This document shows positions 18,703 through 29,869 of a stretch of DNA of 64,000 nt, in pieces (within the stretch, counting starts at the first letter, position 1; every line of letters starts with the position of its first letter). A program made the translations under genes and the position numbers. The notes beneath the pieces are model-generated. The model made no database searches and was not told the origin of the DNA. It worked only from the letters and a program-made list of their open reading frames with translations. Source of the DNA: Actinomycetes bacterium (GTDB lineage Bacteria > Actinomycetota > Actinomycetes > S36-B12); assembly GCA_965278945.1 (NCBI GenBank), contig OZ257128.1, forward strand, positions 1,261,982 through 1,325,981, given 5' to 3'.

Positions 18703-19307
18703 CGCGCGCGCCGGTCATCGGCGTGCTGGCGCTTCAAGGAGACGTGCGCGAGCACGTCAGGTCGCTCGAATCCGTCGGCGCGCGTGCCGTGCCCGTGCGC
18801 CTGATCGAGACTCTCGCGGAGGTCGACGGCCTAGTGATCCCTGGTGGCGAGTCCACGACCATGTCGAAGCTCGCGGTCATCGACGGATTCCTCGAGCCAC
18901 TGCGGGCCGCACGCCGCGACGGAATGCCGATGTATGGCTCGTGCGCAGGGATGATCATGCTGGCCGACACGGTCACCGACGCGCGGGACGATCAGGAGTT
19001 CATCGGCGGGCTGGATGTCACGGTGCGTCGCAACGCCTTTGGTCGGCAGGTGGATTCCTTCGAGTCCGACCTCGACATTCCGGCGCTGGGGGAGCGGCCA
19101 TTCCGCGCCGTCTTCATCCGTGCGCCCCAGGTCGATGCCGTGGGTGCTCGCGTCGAGATTCTGGCAAGGGTCCGTGGAGCAGGCGCCGACGGTACGATCG
19201 TCGCGGTTCGACAAGGTCACGTTATGGCGACCGCGTTCCACCCAGAACTGACTGGCGACCACAGGATCCACGAGATGTTCGTCGACTGCGTGAGGCAGTC
19301 GACATGA
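18699..19307 (+). CDS. pdxT: pyridoxal 5'-phosphate synthase glutaminase subunit
   Basis: GTG 18699 overlaps the pdxS stop (GTGA). [14 protein letters not shown] ... [10 protein letters not shown] ... FHPE. In frame with ORF 17772..19307. Confidence 0.9.
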   Translation: MTRAPVIGVLALQGDVREHVRSLESVGARAVPVRLIETLAEVDGLVIPGGESTTMSKLAVIDGFLEPLRAARRDGMPMYGSCAGMIMLADTVTDARDDQEFIGGLDVTVRRNAFGRQVDSFESDLDIPALGERPFRAVFIRAPQVDAVGARVEILARVRGAGADGTIVAVRQGHVMATAFHPELTGDHRIHEMFVDCVRQST

Positions 19308-19320
19308 CGAGGGAGCACCC

Positions 19321-20073
19321 ATGAGCGGCCACTCCAAATGGGCCACCACGAAGCACAAGAAGGCTGTGGTCGACGCTCGGCGCAGCAAGCTCTTTGCGCG
19401 ACTGATCAAGGGCATCGAGGTAGCCGCGCGTCTCGGCGGAGGCGACACCGACGGCAACCCGACGCTCTTTGACGCGATCCAGAAGGCCCGCAAGAACTCG
19501 GTACCGCTGGAGAACATCGAGCGCGCGGTCAAGCGCGGCTCGGGCGCGGAAGCCGGCGGCTCGGACTGGCAGACGATCATGTACGAGGGATACGGGCCAA
19601 GCGGTGTCGCCGTGCTCGTCGAATGCCTGACGGACAACCGCAACCGCGCGGCCTCGGATGTTCGCGTGGCGATGACCCGGAACGGCGGCTCGATGGCCGA
19701 CCCCGGATCCGTCTCCTACATGTTCACCCGCAAGGGCGTCGTCATCGTCCGCAAGGCAGACGGCCTCGACGAGGACTCGATCCTCACTGCTGTGCTCGAT
19801 GCAGGCGCGGAGGAGGTCAACGACCTGGGCGAGGCCTTCGAGATCGTGAGCGAGGCCGGCGACATCGTCGCCGTGCGCACCGCCTTGCAGGACGCCGGCA
19901 TCGACTACGAGTCAGCGGATGCCACGTTCCTGCCGAGTGTCAGTGTCGAACTGGACGAGGAGGGCGCGCTCAAGGTGTTCCGCCTGATCGAGGCGCTCGA
20001 GGACAGCGACGACGTCCAGAACGTCTACGCGAACTTCGACGTATCGGATGAGGTCATGGAGGCGGTGGGCTAG
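19321..20073 (+). CDS. yebC: YebC/PmpR-family transcriptional regulator
   Basis: 250 aa, begins [15 protein letters not shown]. Confidence 0.95.
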   Translation: MSGHSKWATTKHKKAVVDARRSKLFARLIKGIEVAARLGGGDTDGNPTLFDAIQKARKNSVPLENIERAVKRGSGAEAGGSDWQTIMYEGYGPSGVAVLVECLTDNRNRAASDVRVAMTRNGGSMADPGSVSYMFTRKGVVIVRKADGLDEDSILTAVLDAGAEEVNDLGEAFEIVSEAGDIVAVRTALQDAGIDYESADATFLPSVSVELDEEGALKVFRLIEALEDSDDVQNVYANFDVSDEVMEAVG

Positions 20074-20075
20074 GC

Positions 20076-21545
20076 GTGAACGACTACGTCGGCACGCAGA
20101 TGCGCGGGTGGGACGCCGCGACGTTCCGAACCGCAAGCGGTGATCCGACGATGCGCTCAACCGTTATTGCCCTGACCGTCCTCGATCACGCTCCGGACTG
20201 GCAACGCCTTCGCGATCGGATCGAGCGCCTCACCTTGTTCGTTCCCGCACTGCGCATGCGGCCGTTGTACGGAGCACTCGCCTTCTCTGCGCCCCGACTG
20301 GCCGTCGATCCCGACTTCGATATCGACTTCCATCTGCGTCGCTATCGGCTCCCCGAGGGGGCCGGCTGGCGCGGACTCCTCGACGACGCGCGGCGCATGA
20401 GCCTGACCGACTTCGATAACAATCGCCCGCTGTGGGAGGCGGCCTTCGTCGAGGGTCTTCCCGACGGGCAGGCGGCCTTCCTGCTGAAACTGCACCATTC
20501 GATCGCCGACGGCCATGCGACCGTGATGATTGGCCTCTCGCTATTCGAGTTCGGTCCGGATGCCGACCCGAATGAGGCGGCGCCGCCGGACGCCCCGCAC
20601 GCCGAGGACGTCGGACTTCGCGATGTCACGCTTGCCAATCTCGCGGACAATCTGCGTCGGAGCACGGACCTCGCCGTGTCGACCGTCAGGGGGGCGATCG
20701 ACTTCGCGCGCGGCACGGTGACGGAAACCTCCGCTACCTGGGCGAAGGCGTGGGCAACCGTCTCGTCGATCGGGCGGATGGCGTCCATGCCCGACGGCCC
20801 GTTGTCGCCCGTCATGTCCGGACGCGGCACGACCTACCGATTCGCGGCATTCGACATGCCGTTCTCCGGCCTTCGCGATGTCGCGAAGGAGAACGGGTTC
20901 AGCGTCAACGACTGCTTCATGGCAGCAGTAGCCGCGGGCTTGGACAGCTACCACCAAAGGCATGGCGTGCTCGTCGACTCCCTTCGGGTCAACGTTCCGA
21001 TCAGCACTCGTGGCGACGCCGGCGATCGGACGGCTCGCGTGTCGAACTCGGTGAGCATCGCGCGATTCCCACTGCCTATCGCGGGACTGTCGACGGCCGA
21101 GCACATGCAGGTCGCTCATGATCTCGTCGCGCAGTGGAAGGCCGAGCCGGCGATCCGACTTACCGACCCCCTCGCGGAGGTCTCGTGGCTGGTTCCGGTT
21201 CCGATGCTGGCCCAAGCCGCACAAGCCTCGGACGTGACGACGAGCAACGTGCCAGGCCCGCCGGTCCCCCTGTACCTCGCGGGAGCACGCATGGTCGCCT
21301 GCTACCCGCTCGTCGCGACCATCGGGGCGGCGGTCAACATCACGATGGTGACCTATGACGGGGTCGCGTACGTCGGCATGTCCGCCGACGACCGGGCGGT
21401 CGGGGACCTCGACGCCCTTGTCGAGGACATCCGGGGCGGCTTCGCCACGGTCACGGGCGAACCCGTCGGATCAGCCGATCGCTACAGCGTCCGGCCCGAT
21501 CTGGAGGACACGGCAGTGCGCGACGAGGCGAATCCCGCCTCCTGA
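20076..21545 (+). CDS. wax ester synthase/diacylglycerol acyltransferase family protein
   Basis: 489 aa with the catalytic HHSIADG motif (LLKLHHSIADGHA). Confidence 0.85.
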   Translation: MNDYVGTQMRGWDAATFRTASGDPTMRSTVIALTVLDHAPDWQRLRDRIERLTLFVPALRMRPLYGALAFSAPRLAVDPDFDIDFHLRRYRLPEGAGWRGLLDDARRMSLTDFDNNRPLWEAAFVEGLPDGQAAFLLKLHHSIADGHATVMIGLSLFEFGPDADPNEAAPPDAPHAEDVGLRDVTLANLADNLRRSTDLAVSTVRGAIDFARGTVTETSATWAKAWATVSSIGRMASMPDGPLSPVMSGRGTTYRFAAFDMPFSGLRDVAKENGFSVNDCFMAAVAAGLDSYHQRHGVLVDSLRVNVPISTRGDAGDRTARVSNSVSIARFPLPIAGLSTAEHMQVAHDLVAQWKAEPAIRLTDPLAEVSWLVPVPMLAQAAQASDVTTSNVPGPPVPLYLAGARMVACYPLVATIGAAVNITMVTYDGVAYVGMSADDRAVGDLDALVEDIRGGFATVTGEPVGSADRYSVRPDLEDTAVRDEANPAS

Positions 21546-21569
21546 CGGTCCCACCCATTAGCCTTCAAT

Positions 21570-21585
21570 CCGAACACGTGTTCGA
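21570..21585. promoter_or_regulatory. LexA (SOS) box candidate upstream of ruvC
   Basis: CCGAACACGTGTTCGA matches the actinobacterial consensus TCGAAC-N4-GTTCGA at 15 of 16 positions. Perfect 14-bp palindrome CGAACACGTGTTCG. Ends 10 nt before ruvC ATG 21595. Confidence 0.6.
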
Positions 21586-21594
21586 TGACAAGGG

Positions 21595-22119
21595 ATGGAG
21601 GGGCCAGTGCGGGTCCTCGGCATCGACCCCGGCCTCACCCGGTGCGGCGTAGCCGTGATCGATGGCGGCCCGGGCCAGACCCTGACGGCCGCACATATCG
21701 GCGTGATCCGCACCGATCCCGACGTGCCGATCGAACTGCGCCTGACTGCTGTCGAAGCGGGGCTGTCCGCACTGATCGCCGAGTTCGGTCCCGATGCGAT
21801 CGCCATCGAGAGAGTCTTCAGTCAGCACAACGTTCGCACGGCGATGGCCACGGCTCAGGCGGCAGCTATGGGACTGCTGCTGGCCGGCCAGCGAGGCATC
21901 CCGGTCGCACTCCACACTCCGACCGAGGTGAAGGCGGCCGTCACCGGCAACGGTCGCGCCGACAAGGCCCAGGTCACCTCGATGGTCGTTCGCATCCTGC
22001 GACTTCCCGGACCGCCCAAGCCGGCCGACGCGGCCGACGCGGTCGCGATCGCGATCTGCCAGCTGTGGCGCGGCGAAGGTCAGCGACGTCTGGCGCGCGC
22101 TGTGGCGGCCGCGCAGTGA
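21595..22119 (+). CDS. ruvC: crossover junction endodeoxyribonuclease RuvC
   Basis: 174 aa with VLGIDPGLTRCG. Confidence 0.9.
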   Translation: MEGPVRVLGIDPGLTRCGVAVIDGGPGQTLTAAHIGVIRTDPDVPIELRLTAVEAGLSALIAEFGPDAIAIERVFSQHNVRTAMATAQAAAMGLLLAGQRGIPVALHTPTEVKAAVTGNGRADKAQVTSMVVRILRLPGPPKPADAADAVAIAICQLWRGEGQRRLARAVAAAQ

Positions 22120-22733
22120 TCTCCTTCGTTCGCGGCACTGTCGTCAGCGCGGGAACTGACCGGCTGGTCGTCGATCTCGGCTCGGTTGGGCTCTCGGTCA
22201 TGTGCACCCCTGGTACCGCGCGCACCGTTCGCCATGGCGAGCACGTCGAGCTCATGACCAGCCTCGTCGTGCGCGAGGACGGCTGGACGCTCTACGGATT
22301 CCTCGACGCCGACGAACGGTCCACCTTCGAGCAGACCCAGACGGTGTCCGGGATCGGTCCGCGAATCGCATTGGCCCTGCTCGAGTCCTTGTCGCCGGAC
22401 GACCTCAGGCGAGCAGTGGTGACCGGTGACGAGTCCGCGCTCATGAAGGTTTCCGGAATTGGACGCAAGGGGGCGCAGCGCCTGATCCTCGAACTCGGCG
22501 ACCGCCTCGGGCCTCCGAGTCCAACCGTGGACTCCTCCTCGCGATCCTCAGCCTCCGGCTGGCGCGCCTCGGTCGAGGCGGGACTGACCTCGCTGGGCTG
22601 GAGCGCCCGCGAGGCCGAGCAGGCCGTTGGGGCCATCGATCCCGAGGTAGCGGCCGCGGCTACCGCGGCTGGGGCCAGTGCCGACGTCGGCGCGCTGCTG
22701 AAGTCCGCTCTGCGCACCCTGGACCGGTCCTGA
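22116..22733 (+). CDS. ruvA: Holliday junction branch migration complex subunit RuvA
   Basis: GTG 22116 (GTGA overlap with ruvC). VISFVRGTV...; HhH motifs [12 protein letters not shown] and [12 protein letters not shown]. Confidence 0.9.
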   Translation: MISFVRGTVVSAGTDRLVVDLGSVGLSVMCTPGTARTVRHGEHVELMTSLVVREDGWTLYGFLDADERSTFEQTQTVSGIGPRIALALLESLSPDDLRRAVVTGDESALMKVSGIGRKGAQRLILELGDRLGPPSPTVDSSSRSSASGWRASVEAGLTSLGWSAREAEQAVGAIDPEVAAAATAAGASADVGALLKSALRTLDRS

Positions 22734-22735
22734 CG

Positions 22736-23773
22736 ATGGCCCACGACGACGCCCTGAATGCCGAGTCTGATCCCGACGACGCCGTCGTCGAGGGGGCTCT
22801 TCGACCGACAAACCTCGCCGAGTTCATCGGTCAGGACCGGGTCAAGTCCCAGCTTGGCCTGGTGCTCGAGGCGGCCAGCCGCCGCAGTCGGACCGCCGAC
22901 CACGTGCTGCTCAGCGGTCCGCCCGGCCTGGGCAAGACGACTTTGGCGAGCATCATCGCCACGGAAATGGGCGCACCGCTTCGGCTCACCTCAGGTCCCG
23001 CCCTTCAGCACGCGGGCGATCTCGCCGCGGTGCTCGCCAGCCTGCAGCCTGGCGAGGTGCTGTTCATCGACGAGATTCACCGCACGGCCAGGGCAGCCGA
23101 GGAACTTCTGTACCTGGCGATGGAGGACTTCAGGGTCGATGTCGTCGTCGGCAAGGGACCCGGAGCGACGGCCATCCCGCTCGACATCGAGCCGTTCACC
23201 CTCGTCGGAGCGACCACCCGGGCGGGACTGCTGCCCAGCCCACTGCGCGATCGATTCGGCTTCACAGCGCACCTGGACTTCTACGACGCCGCCGACCTCG
23301 AGGTGATCATCACCAGGTCCGCGGGACTGCTCTCGGTGCCGGTCGATGCCGAGGGAGTGCGCGAGATCGCCGGGCGCTGCCGGGGAACGCCGCGAATCGC
23401 GAATCGACTCCTGCGGCGGGTTCGTGACTGGGCACAGGTCCATGGCGATGGTGTGGTCAGCCAGGCCAGCGCCCGCGCGGCCCTTGAGCTCTACGAGGTC
23501 GACGCGCTCGGACTGGACCGTATCGACCAGGCCGTCCTCGACGCACTCGTCACGAGGTTCGGCGGCGGACCGGTCGGACTGTCGACTCTGGCCGTCGCCG
23601 TCGGGGAGGAACCGGAGACGATCGAGACTGTCTCCGAGCCCTTCCTCGTGCGCCTTGGCATGCTGCTGCGAACCCCCCGAGGACGGATGGCAACTGCTTC
23701 TGCGTGGCGCCATGCGGGCCTGGTCCCGCCGTCCGGCGCCTTCGGAGCCCAGCAGGCGTTGGACCTCGACTAG
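22736..23773 (+). CDS. ruvB: Holliday junction DNA helicase RuvB
   Basis: 345 aa, Walker [12 protein letters not shown]. Confidence 0.95.
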   Translation: MAHDDALNAESDPDDAVVEGALRPTNLAEFIGQDRVKSQLGLVLEAASRRSRTADHVLLSGPPGLGKTTLASIIATEMGAPLRLTSGPALQHAGDLAAVLASLQPGEVLFIDEIHRTARAAEELLYLAMEDFRVDVVVGKGPGATAIPLDIEPFTLVGATTRAGLLPSPLRDRFGFTAHLDFYDAADLEVIITRSAGLLSVPVDAEGVREIAGRCRGTPRIANRLLRRVRDWAQVHGDGVVSQASARAALELYEVDALGLDRIDQAVLDALVTRFGGGPVGLSTLAVAVGEEPETIETVSEPFLVRLGMLLRTPRGRMATASAWRHAGLVPPSGAFGAQQALDLD

Positions 23774-23852
23774 CCGACCGCACCGGCCTAATCTCGTTGC
23801 AGTAGCCTCATTTCCTGCACGATGACGCCCCCACACCCTTGGAGAACCTCGC

Positions 23853-24128
23853 GTGGAGAATCTGCCCACCCTGCTTTTCATCGTGCTCGCCGGAGCCGCG
23901 TTCTACATGCTCATCATCCGACCGGGGAAGAAGCGCCAGCAGGCGCAGCAGCAGATGGCCGCCACCCTCATCCCCGGCGCGGAGGTCATGACGACTGCCG
24001 GGGTCTTCGGCACGGTCGTCTCGGTCACTGACGACGAGGTCGGCATGGAGATCGCGCCGGGAGTCGTCATGCGGATCCTGCCCGCGGCGGTTGCGCGGGT
24101 CGTGGTGAAGGACAGCCCCGTAGACTGA
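23853..24128 (+). CDS. yajC: preprotein translocase subunit YajC
   Basis: 91 aa, TM helix then RPGKKRQQ...G..V.T.GG..G.V pattern. Precedes secDF. Confidence 0.9.
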   Translation: MENLPTLLFIVLAGAAFYMLIIRPGKKRQQAQQQMAATLIPGAEVMTTAGVFGTVVSVTDDEVGMEIAPGVVMRILPAAVARVVVKDSPVD

Positions 24129-24188
24129 CCCGGCTCGGGCGCCCCTGCTTGCGCCTGAACTCACATTTTTGCCCTGCTAAGGAGAATC

Positions 24189-25928
24189 GTGGCGCCATCG
24201 CCCACCAGCCGGCCCGCTCGGCTGATCGTCCTGTTGACGGCGATCGTCATCGGATTAGGCGCCTGGGCCTTCTGGCCAGGCACAGAGACCTCGATCAGGC
24301 TCGGCCTGGACCTCCAGGGCGGGACGCAGGTCATCCTCCAGCCACAGGCGGTCACCGAAGGCGTGGCGGTGACCGACGAACAGCTCGAGCAGACCGTCGC
24401 CATCATCCGGCAGCGCGTCGACGGACTCGGTGTCTCCGAGGCCGAGGTGACGACCCAGGGCACTGGAGACGGCGCCGTGATCGTCGTGTCGGTCCCTGGC
24501 GTCAATCAGGACCGGGTTGTCGACCTCGTCCAGCGAACCGCGCTCCTGGACTTCCGCCCGGTCTGGGGCATCTACAACCCCGGTGGCGACCCGACCGCGA
24601 CCGCATCGCCCAGCGCGAGCCCGAGCGCCAGCCCCAGTGCCACGGCATCGCCGTCGCCGAGCGCGACCAGTGACGCGAGTTCCGCTGCGAGTCCCAGTGC
24701 CAGCCCGAGTGCCAGCCCCGGCGCGACCCCGGCGGCCACGCCCAGCCCGACCGCCTCGGATGAACCCGCCGATCTCATCCAGTCCGACTCGAACTCCGAG
24801 GAGTTCCAGCGGCAGATCGCGGCCCTGGACTGCACACTGCCGGCGAACTTCACCGGCGGTCGTCCTGACAATCCCGAGCTGTGGCTGGGAACCTGCGAGA
24901 GCAACGGCCAGGCGAAGTACAACCTGGAGCCCGCCTTCATCCGCGGAACCAACGTCACTGGCGCCACAGCCCAGCTACCGCAGAACGGCGTCGGCTGGGT
25001 CGTCTCTCTCGAGTTCGACAGCGAGGGCTCAGCAGCGCTCGCCGAGGCATCGACGCGGCTCACCTCGCTGCCTGAGTGCGGTGCCGTCGGCGCTAACCCC
25101 TGCAACGCCTTCGCCATCGTCCTCGACGGCGTCGTGGAGTCGGCCCCCCGCTTCAACGAGGCCATCCTTGGCGGACAGGCGCAGATCGAGGGCAATTTCA
25201 CGCAGCAGGAGGCCAAGGATCTCGCCAACGTCCTGAAGTACGGCGCCCTGCCCGTCACCCTCGAGCCGGTCGACATCACGACCGTCTCGCCGACTGTCGG
25301 TAATGACCAGCTGCGCGCCGGAATCATCGCGGGCCTGCTCGGTCTGACCCTGGTCATGATCTACCTGCTCATCTACTACCGAGCGCTCGGACTGGTCGCC
25401 GTCCTGTCCCTCGCGATCGCTGCGGGCATCAGCTACCTGGCGTTCGTGATCCTCAGCAAGACCATCGGACTGACCCTGTCACTGGCCGGTGTGGCGGGCG
25501 CGATCGTCGCGATCGGTATCACTGCCGACTCGTTCATCGTCTACTTCGAACGAATACGAGATGAGATCCGCGAGGGTCGGTCGCTGCGTGTCGCCTGCGA
25601 CTCTGGCTGGGTTCGTGCGCGTCGCACGCTGCTGGCGGCCGACTTCGTGTCGCTGCTTGCCGCGATCGTGCTGTACATCCTGTCCGTCGGCAGCGTCCGA
25701 GGGTTCGCCTTCGTCCTTGGCCTTACCACTCTCATCGACGTTCTTGTCGCGTTCTGCTTCACCCACCCGATTGTCGTTCTGCTGGGCCGCACTCGATGGA
25801 TGCAGAAGGCCTCACGCTGGACCGGACTGCAGTCCACGTACGCGGGCGCAGCCACGGGTGGTGGCAGCGGTAGTGCGACGGCCAGTCGGTCGAAACGCCG
25901 CACCCCGAAGCAGGAGGCCTCGTCATGA
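24189..25928 (+). CDS. secD: protein translocase subunit SecD
   Basis: 579 aa. LGLDLQGG motif, 6-TM C-terminal region. Overlaps secF (ATGA). Confidence 0.95.
   Translation: MAPSPTSRPARLIVLLTAIVIGLGAWAFWPGTETSIRLGLDLQGGTQVILQPQAVTEGVAVTDEQLEQTVAIIRQRVDGLGVSEAEVTTQGTGDGAVIVVSVPGVNQDRVVDLVQRTALLDFRPVWGIYNPGGDPTATASPSASPSASPSATASPSPSATSDASSAASPSASPSASPGATPAATPSPTASDEPADLIQSDSNSEEFQRQIAALDCTLPANFTGGRPDNPELWLGTCESNGQAKYNLEPAFIRGTNVTGATAQLPQNGVGWVVSLEFDSEGSAALAEASTRLTSLPECGAVGANPCNAFAIVLDGVVESAPRFNEAILGGQAQIEGNFTQQEAKDLANVLKYGALPVTLEPVDITTVSPTVGNDQLRAGIIAGLLGLTLVMIYLLIYYRALGLVAVLSLAIAAGISYLAFVILSKTIGLTLSLAGVAGAIVAIGITADSFIVYFERIRDEIREGRSLRVACDSGWVRARRTLLAADFVSLLAAIVLYILSVGSVRGFAFVLGLTTLIDVLVAFCFTHPIVVLLGRTRWMQKASRWTGLQSTYAGAATGGGSGSATASRSKRRTPKQEASS
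24591..24758 (+). repeat. in-frame Ser/Pro/Ala low-complexity tract inside secD
   Basis: Encodes PTATASPSASPSASPSATASPSPSATSDASSAASPSASPSASPGATPAATPSPTAS. Imperfect 12-nt (SPSA) periodicity at the DNA level. Confidence 0.6.
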
Positions 25929-27004
25929 GCAGCATCAGGAACCTCGGGCATCGCCTCTACGAAGGCGAGGTGTCGGTCGACTTCGTAGGCCGACGCAAGA
26001 CCTGGTACCTCGTCTCTGCCGTCATCCTTCTGGTCTGCATTGGCGCAGTGATCTTCCGCGGCCTGAACTTCGGCATCGAGTTCCGCGGCGGCGCGGAGTT
26101 CACCATTCCCAACGCCACCTGCAGCATCGAGCAGGCACGCGATGTCGCCGATACGGCGACGGGCGGCCAGTCCATCGTCACTCAGACGGCGAGCGGAACG
26201 ATCGGCGTGCAGACCGAGTCACTGACGCCCGCACTGAGTGTCCAGGTGGCCGCGGACCTCGCCGCTGCCTGCGGAGCGTCCGTCGATGACATCAAGGTGC
26301 AAGTCGTCGGCCCAACCTGGGGCGCTGAGATCTCGAAGAAGGCCTTCCAGGGACTCATTGTCTTCCTGATCCTCGTCAGTCTCTTCTTGTCGATCTATTT
26401 CGAGTGGCGAATGGCAGTCGCGGCATTGGTCGCGCTCCTGCACGACCTCGTCATCACCATCGGCATCTACGCACTGACCGGGCTTCAAGTGACACCTGCA
26501 ACGGTGATCGGCTTGTTAACAATTCTCGGCTTCTCGCTATACGACACCGTGGTGGTGTTCGACAAGGTCAAGGAGAACACGCGCAGCATCGCCGGCCAAT
26601 CGGTGATGACGTACGGCGAGGCCGCGAACCTTGCGGTCAACCAGACCCTCGTGCGGTCGATCAACACGTCAATCGTCGCGCTACTCCCGGTTCTCGCGAT
26701 CATCGTCGTTGGCGCCGGACTCCTCGGCGCTGGAACCCTCCTCGACCTGGCCGTCGCGCTTGCCGTGGGCATGGCAGCGGGCGCGTACTCGTCGATCTTC
26801 ATCGCGACGCCGTTCCTGGTGCAGCTCAAGGAGCAGCAGCCAGAGATGAAATCGCTCGCCGCTCGCGTCGCGGCACGTCGCAAGCAGGTCAAGTCGTCGG
26901 CAAGCGCAGATGCGGCCGACGGGGGAGCGATCACGACGAGGACCGACCCCGGAGTTCGTCAGCAGCCCAGGCGGAGGGCACGTTCGCGTCGAGGCAAGAG
27001 CTAG
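25925..27004 (+). CDS. secF: protein translocase subunit SecF
   Basis: 359 aa, FGIEFRGG motif and SecDF TM core. Confidence 0.95.
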   Translation: MSSIRNLGHRLYEGEVSVDFVGRRKTWYLVSAVILLVCIGAVIFRGLNFGIEFRGGAEFTIPNATCSIEQARDVADTATGGQSIVTQTASGTIGVQTESLTPALSVQVAADLAAACGASVDDIKVQVVGPTWGAEISKKAFQGLIVFLILVSLFLSIYFEWRMAVAALVALLHDLVITIGIYALTGLQVTPATVIGLLTILGFSLYDTVVVFDKVKENTRSIAGQSVMTYGEAANLAVNQTLVRSINTSIVALLPVLAIIVVGAGLLGAGTLLDLAVALAVGMAAGAYSSIFIATPFLVQLKEQQPEMKSLAARVAARRKQVKSSASADAADGGAITTRTDPGVRQQPRRRARSRRGKS

Positions 27005-27007
27005 CCA

Positions 27008-27547
27008 ATGCTGTTGTCCGACGAGACCGAGCGGCTCCTATGGAGCAGGATTCGCGATGTCCCGGACTGGCCTCAGCCCGGCGTACTGTTTCGGGACCTC
27101 ACGCCGCTGATGGCGGATCCGGTCACGTTCACCGCATCGATTGATCTCCTGGCGGGAGCACTTGACGGACCGATAGACGAGATCGTCGGTATCGAGGCTC
27201 GCGGCTTTCCCTACGGAGCGGCGCTGGCGTACCGCCTCGGTGCTGGGTTCGTCACGCTGCGCAAGCCGGGCAAGCTTCCCGGGGACGTGCACAGCAAGTC
27301 GTACGACCTCGAGTACGGCTCGACGTCGCTAGAGATGCATCAGGACGCCTTGGCTCCGGGTCGACGCGTCGTGATCGTCGATGACGTCCTGGCCACCGGC
27401 GGCACGGCGTCGGCAGCAATCGACCTGATCCAGATCACGGGCGCAACCATCGTGACTCTGGCCGTGGTGTTGGACCTTGTGGCCCTCGGCGGGGGTGGCG
27501 TCGTCCGCGAGCGCGGGGTCGATGTCACCGCGCTGCTCACTGCTTAG
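27008..27547 (+). CDS. apt: adenine phosphoribosyltransferase
   Basis: 179 aa, PRPP-binding VVIVDDVLATGGT. Confidence 0.9.
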   Translation: MLLSDETERLLWSRIRDVPDWPQPGVLFRDLTPLMADPVTFTASIDLLAGALDGPIDEIVGIEARGFPYGAALAYRLGAGFVTLRKPGKLPGDVHSKSYDLEYGSTSLEMHQDALAPGRRVVIVDDVLATGGTASAAIDLIQITGATIVTLAVVLDLVALGGGGVVRERGVDVTALLTA

Positions 27548-27583
27548 CCCCCACGTACACTTGACGCACGCGACAAGGGAGAC

Positions 27584-29866
27584 GTGTTGGCCAAGGACAC
27601 CCCGCTTCCCACGGAGCCGCCACTCGCGGCCCCGGCCGTTGCCACGTCGGATACCGGGGGATTGCGCTCCAGGTTCGCGCGGTTGGCCGGAACGCGGACC
27701 ATCTTCCCCGAGCTCGATCCTCTGCTGAGGACGCTCCGCAAGTATCACCCGAAGGCCGACACCAAGGTTGTCGAGCGTGCCTACGAGATGGCCGCGTACC
27801 GACATCAGGACCAGAAACGACGCTCGGGCGAGCCGTACATCACCCACCCGCTCGCGGTGGCCACCATCCTCGCCGACCTGGGCATGACCGCACCGACTCT
27901 CGCCGCTGCGCTGCTGCACGACACGGTCGAGGACTCCGGGTACGCGCTTGATGCACTGCGTGAGGACTTCGGCGATGAGATCGCCCAGCTCGTCGACGGA
28001 GTTACCAAGCTGGACAAGGTTCGCTACGGGGAGGCGTCCGCGGCCGAGACCGTCCGCAAGATGGTCATCGCGATGGCTCGCGACATCCGCGTCCTGGTCA
28101 TCAAGCTCGCGGACCGACTGCACAACATGCGCACGCTTCGGTGGATGCCCGAGGACAAGCAGCAGAAGAAGGCCCGCGAGACCCTCGAGATCTATGCCCC
28201 GCTCGCTCATCGCCTGGGGATGAACGCGGTCAAGTGGGAGCTCGAGGACCTGTCGTTCGCGACGCTGTATCCGAAGATGTACGAGGAGATCGTCAGGCTC
28301 GTCGCCGAGCGCGCACCCTCCCGCGACCAGTACCTGACTGCGGTCATCGAGCAGATCGAGACGGACCTGAAGACCAGCAAGGTCAAGGCAATCGTCACAG
28401 GTCGTCCGAAGCACTACTACTCCGTGTACCAGAAGATGATCGTTCGCGGCCGAGACTTCGCCGACATCTACGACCTCGTCGGCGTGCGCATCCTCGTCGA
28501 GGACATTCGGGACTGCTACGCGGTGCTTGGCGTCGTGCACGCCAAGTGGAGTCCGGTTCCCGGTCGGTTCAAGGACTTCATCGCGATGCCGAAGTTCAAC
28601 ATGTACCAGTCGCTGCACACCACCGTGATCGGACCCGAGGGCAAGCCGGTCGAGTTGCAGATCCGCACCCAGGACATGCACCGGTCGGCGGAGTTCGGCG
28701 TGGCCGCGCACTGGCGCTACAAGCAGCAGGACGTCGGAGGCAAGTCAGGGCCCGACGACTTCGGCTGGCTGCGCCAGCTGATGGAGTGGCAGCGGGAGAC
28801 CGAGGATCCCGACGAGTTCCTCGACGCTCTTCGCTACGACCTGGGCTCGTCCGAGGTCTTCGTGTTCACTCCCAAGGGCGATGTCGTCGCACTGCCGAGC
28901 AACGCGACCCCAGTCGACTTCGCGTACTCCGTCCATACCGATGTCGGGCACAGATGCGTCGGGGCTCGCGTCAACGGCAAGCTCGTACCGCTTGAGTCCA
29001 CCCTGGAGAACGGCGACGTCGTCGAGATCTTCACCTCGAAGGCCGACGGCGCGGGTCCCAGTCGCGACTGGCTCACCTTCGTCCAGTCTCCGCGCGCGAG
29101 GTCGAAGATCAAGGCCTGGTTCTCGCGCGAGCGCCGTGACGAGGCGATCGAGACTGGCAAGGACTCCATCGTGCGCGCGATGCGCAAGCAGGGGCTCCCG
29201 CTGCAGCGCATGATGACGAATCAGGCCCTCACCGCGATCGCCGCCGGGCTTCACCAGGCGGACATCTCGGCTCTCTACGCGGCGGTCGGCGAGGGCCGCA
29301 TCTCCGCGGCGACGATCGTCCAGCGGCTTGTCGAGTCCGCTGGCGGTGTCGATGGGGCAGCCGACGACGCGGCAGAGATGGTCAGCCCGATCAATGTTCA
29401 GCGCCAACGCCAGCGCGCGCCCGGCGATGTCGGCGTCATCGTCAAGGGTGCTGACGATGTATGGGTCAAGCTGGCGCGATGCTGCACTCCGGTCCCCGGC
29501 GATGAGATCACCGGCTTCGTCACTCGTGGAGCCGGGGTGTCGGTGCACCGCGAGGACTGCGTCAACGTTCCGGGCCTGCGGGCAGAGCCCGACCGCATGG
29601 TCGAGGTCGAGTGGGCGCCGACGTCATCGAGCGTGTTCCTCGTGAACATCCAGGTCGAGGCTCTCGACCGGGCCCGCCTGCTGTCCGACGTGACGCGAGC
29701 ACTTTCCGACACTCACGTGAACATCCTGAGCGCGTCGGTAACCACCACGCGCGATCGCATCGCTCTCTCGCGCTTCACCTTCGAGATGGCCGATCCGAAG
29801 CACCTTGGATCGGTGCTTCGTGCGGTCCGCGGGGTGGAAGGCGTCTTCGACGCCTACCGAGTCTGA
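27584..29866 (+). CDS. relA: bifunctional (p)ppGpp synthetase/hydrolase (RelA/SpoT homologue)
   Basis: 760 aa. HD domain (HPLAVA...LHDTVEDS), synthetase domain (YRSLHTTV-like [11 protein letters not shown]), TGS and ACT regions. GTG 27584 with SD AAGGGAG. Confidence 0.95.
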   Translation: MLAKDTPLPTEPPLAAPAVATSDTGGLRSRFARLAGTRTIFPELDPLLRTLRKYHPKADTKVVERAYEMAAYRHQDQKRRSGEPYITHPLAVATILADLGMTAPTLAAALLHDTVEDSGYALDALREDFGDEIAQLVDGVTKLDKVRYGEASAAETVRKMVIAMARDIRVLVIKLADRLHNMRTLRWMPEDKQQKKARETLEIYAPLAHRLGMNAVKWELEDLSFATLYPKMYEEIVRLVAERAPSRDQYLTAVIEQIETDLKTSKVKAIVTGRPKHYYSVYQKMIVRGRDFADIYDLVGVRILVEDIRDCYAVLGVVHAKWSPVPGRFKDFIAMPKFNMYQSLHTTVIGPEGKPVELQIRTQDMHRSAEFGVAAHWRYKQQDVGGKSGPDDFGWLRQLMEWQRETEDPDEFLDALRYDLGSSEVFVFTPKGDVVALPSNATPVDFAYSVHTDVGHRCVGARVNGKLVPLESTLENGDVVEIFTSKADGAGPSRDWLTFVQSPRARSKIKAWFSRERRDEAIETGKDSIVRAMRKQGLPLQRMMTNQALTAIAAGLHQADISALYAAVGEGRISAATIVQRLVESAGGVDGAADDAAEMVSPINVQRQRQRAPGDVGVIVKGADDVWVKLARCCTPVPGDEITGFVTRGAGVSVHREDCVNVPGLRAEPDRMVEVEWAPTSSSVFLVNIQVEALDRARLLSDVTRALSDTHVNILSASVTTTRDRIALSRFTFEMADPKHLGSVLRAVRGVEGVFDAYRV

Positions 29867-29869
29867 CGT

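Noticed and set aside
24591-24758. Short-period DNA repeat, considered as a possible CRISPR-like or minisatellite array
   Set aside because: It is in frame inside secD and encodes an SPSA low-complexity linker. There is no repeat-spacer organisation. No CRISPR array exists anywhere in the window.
27329-28711. 460-aa ORF antisense to relA
   Set aside because: Same reasoning. Low-complexity composition, and relA motifs are unambiguous on the + strand.
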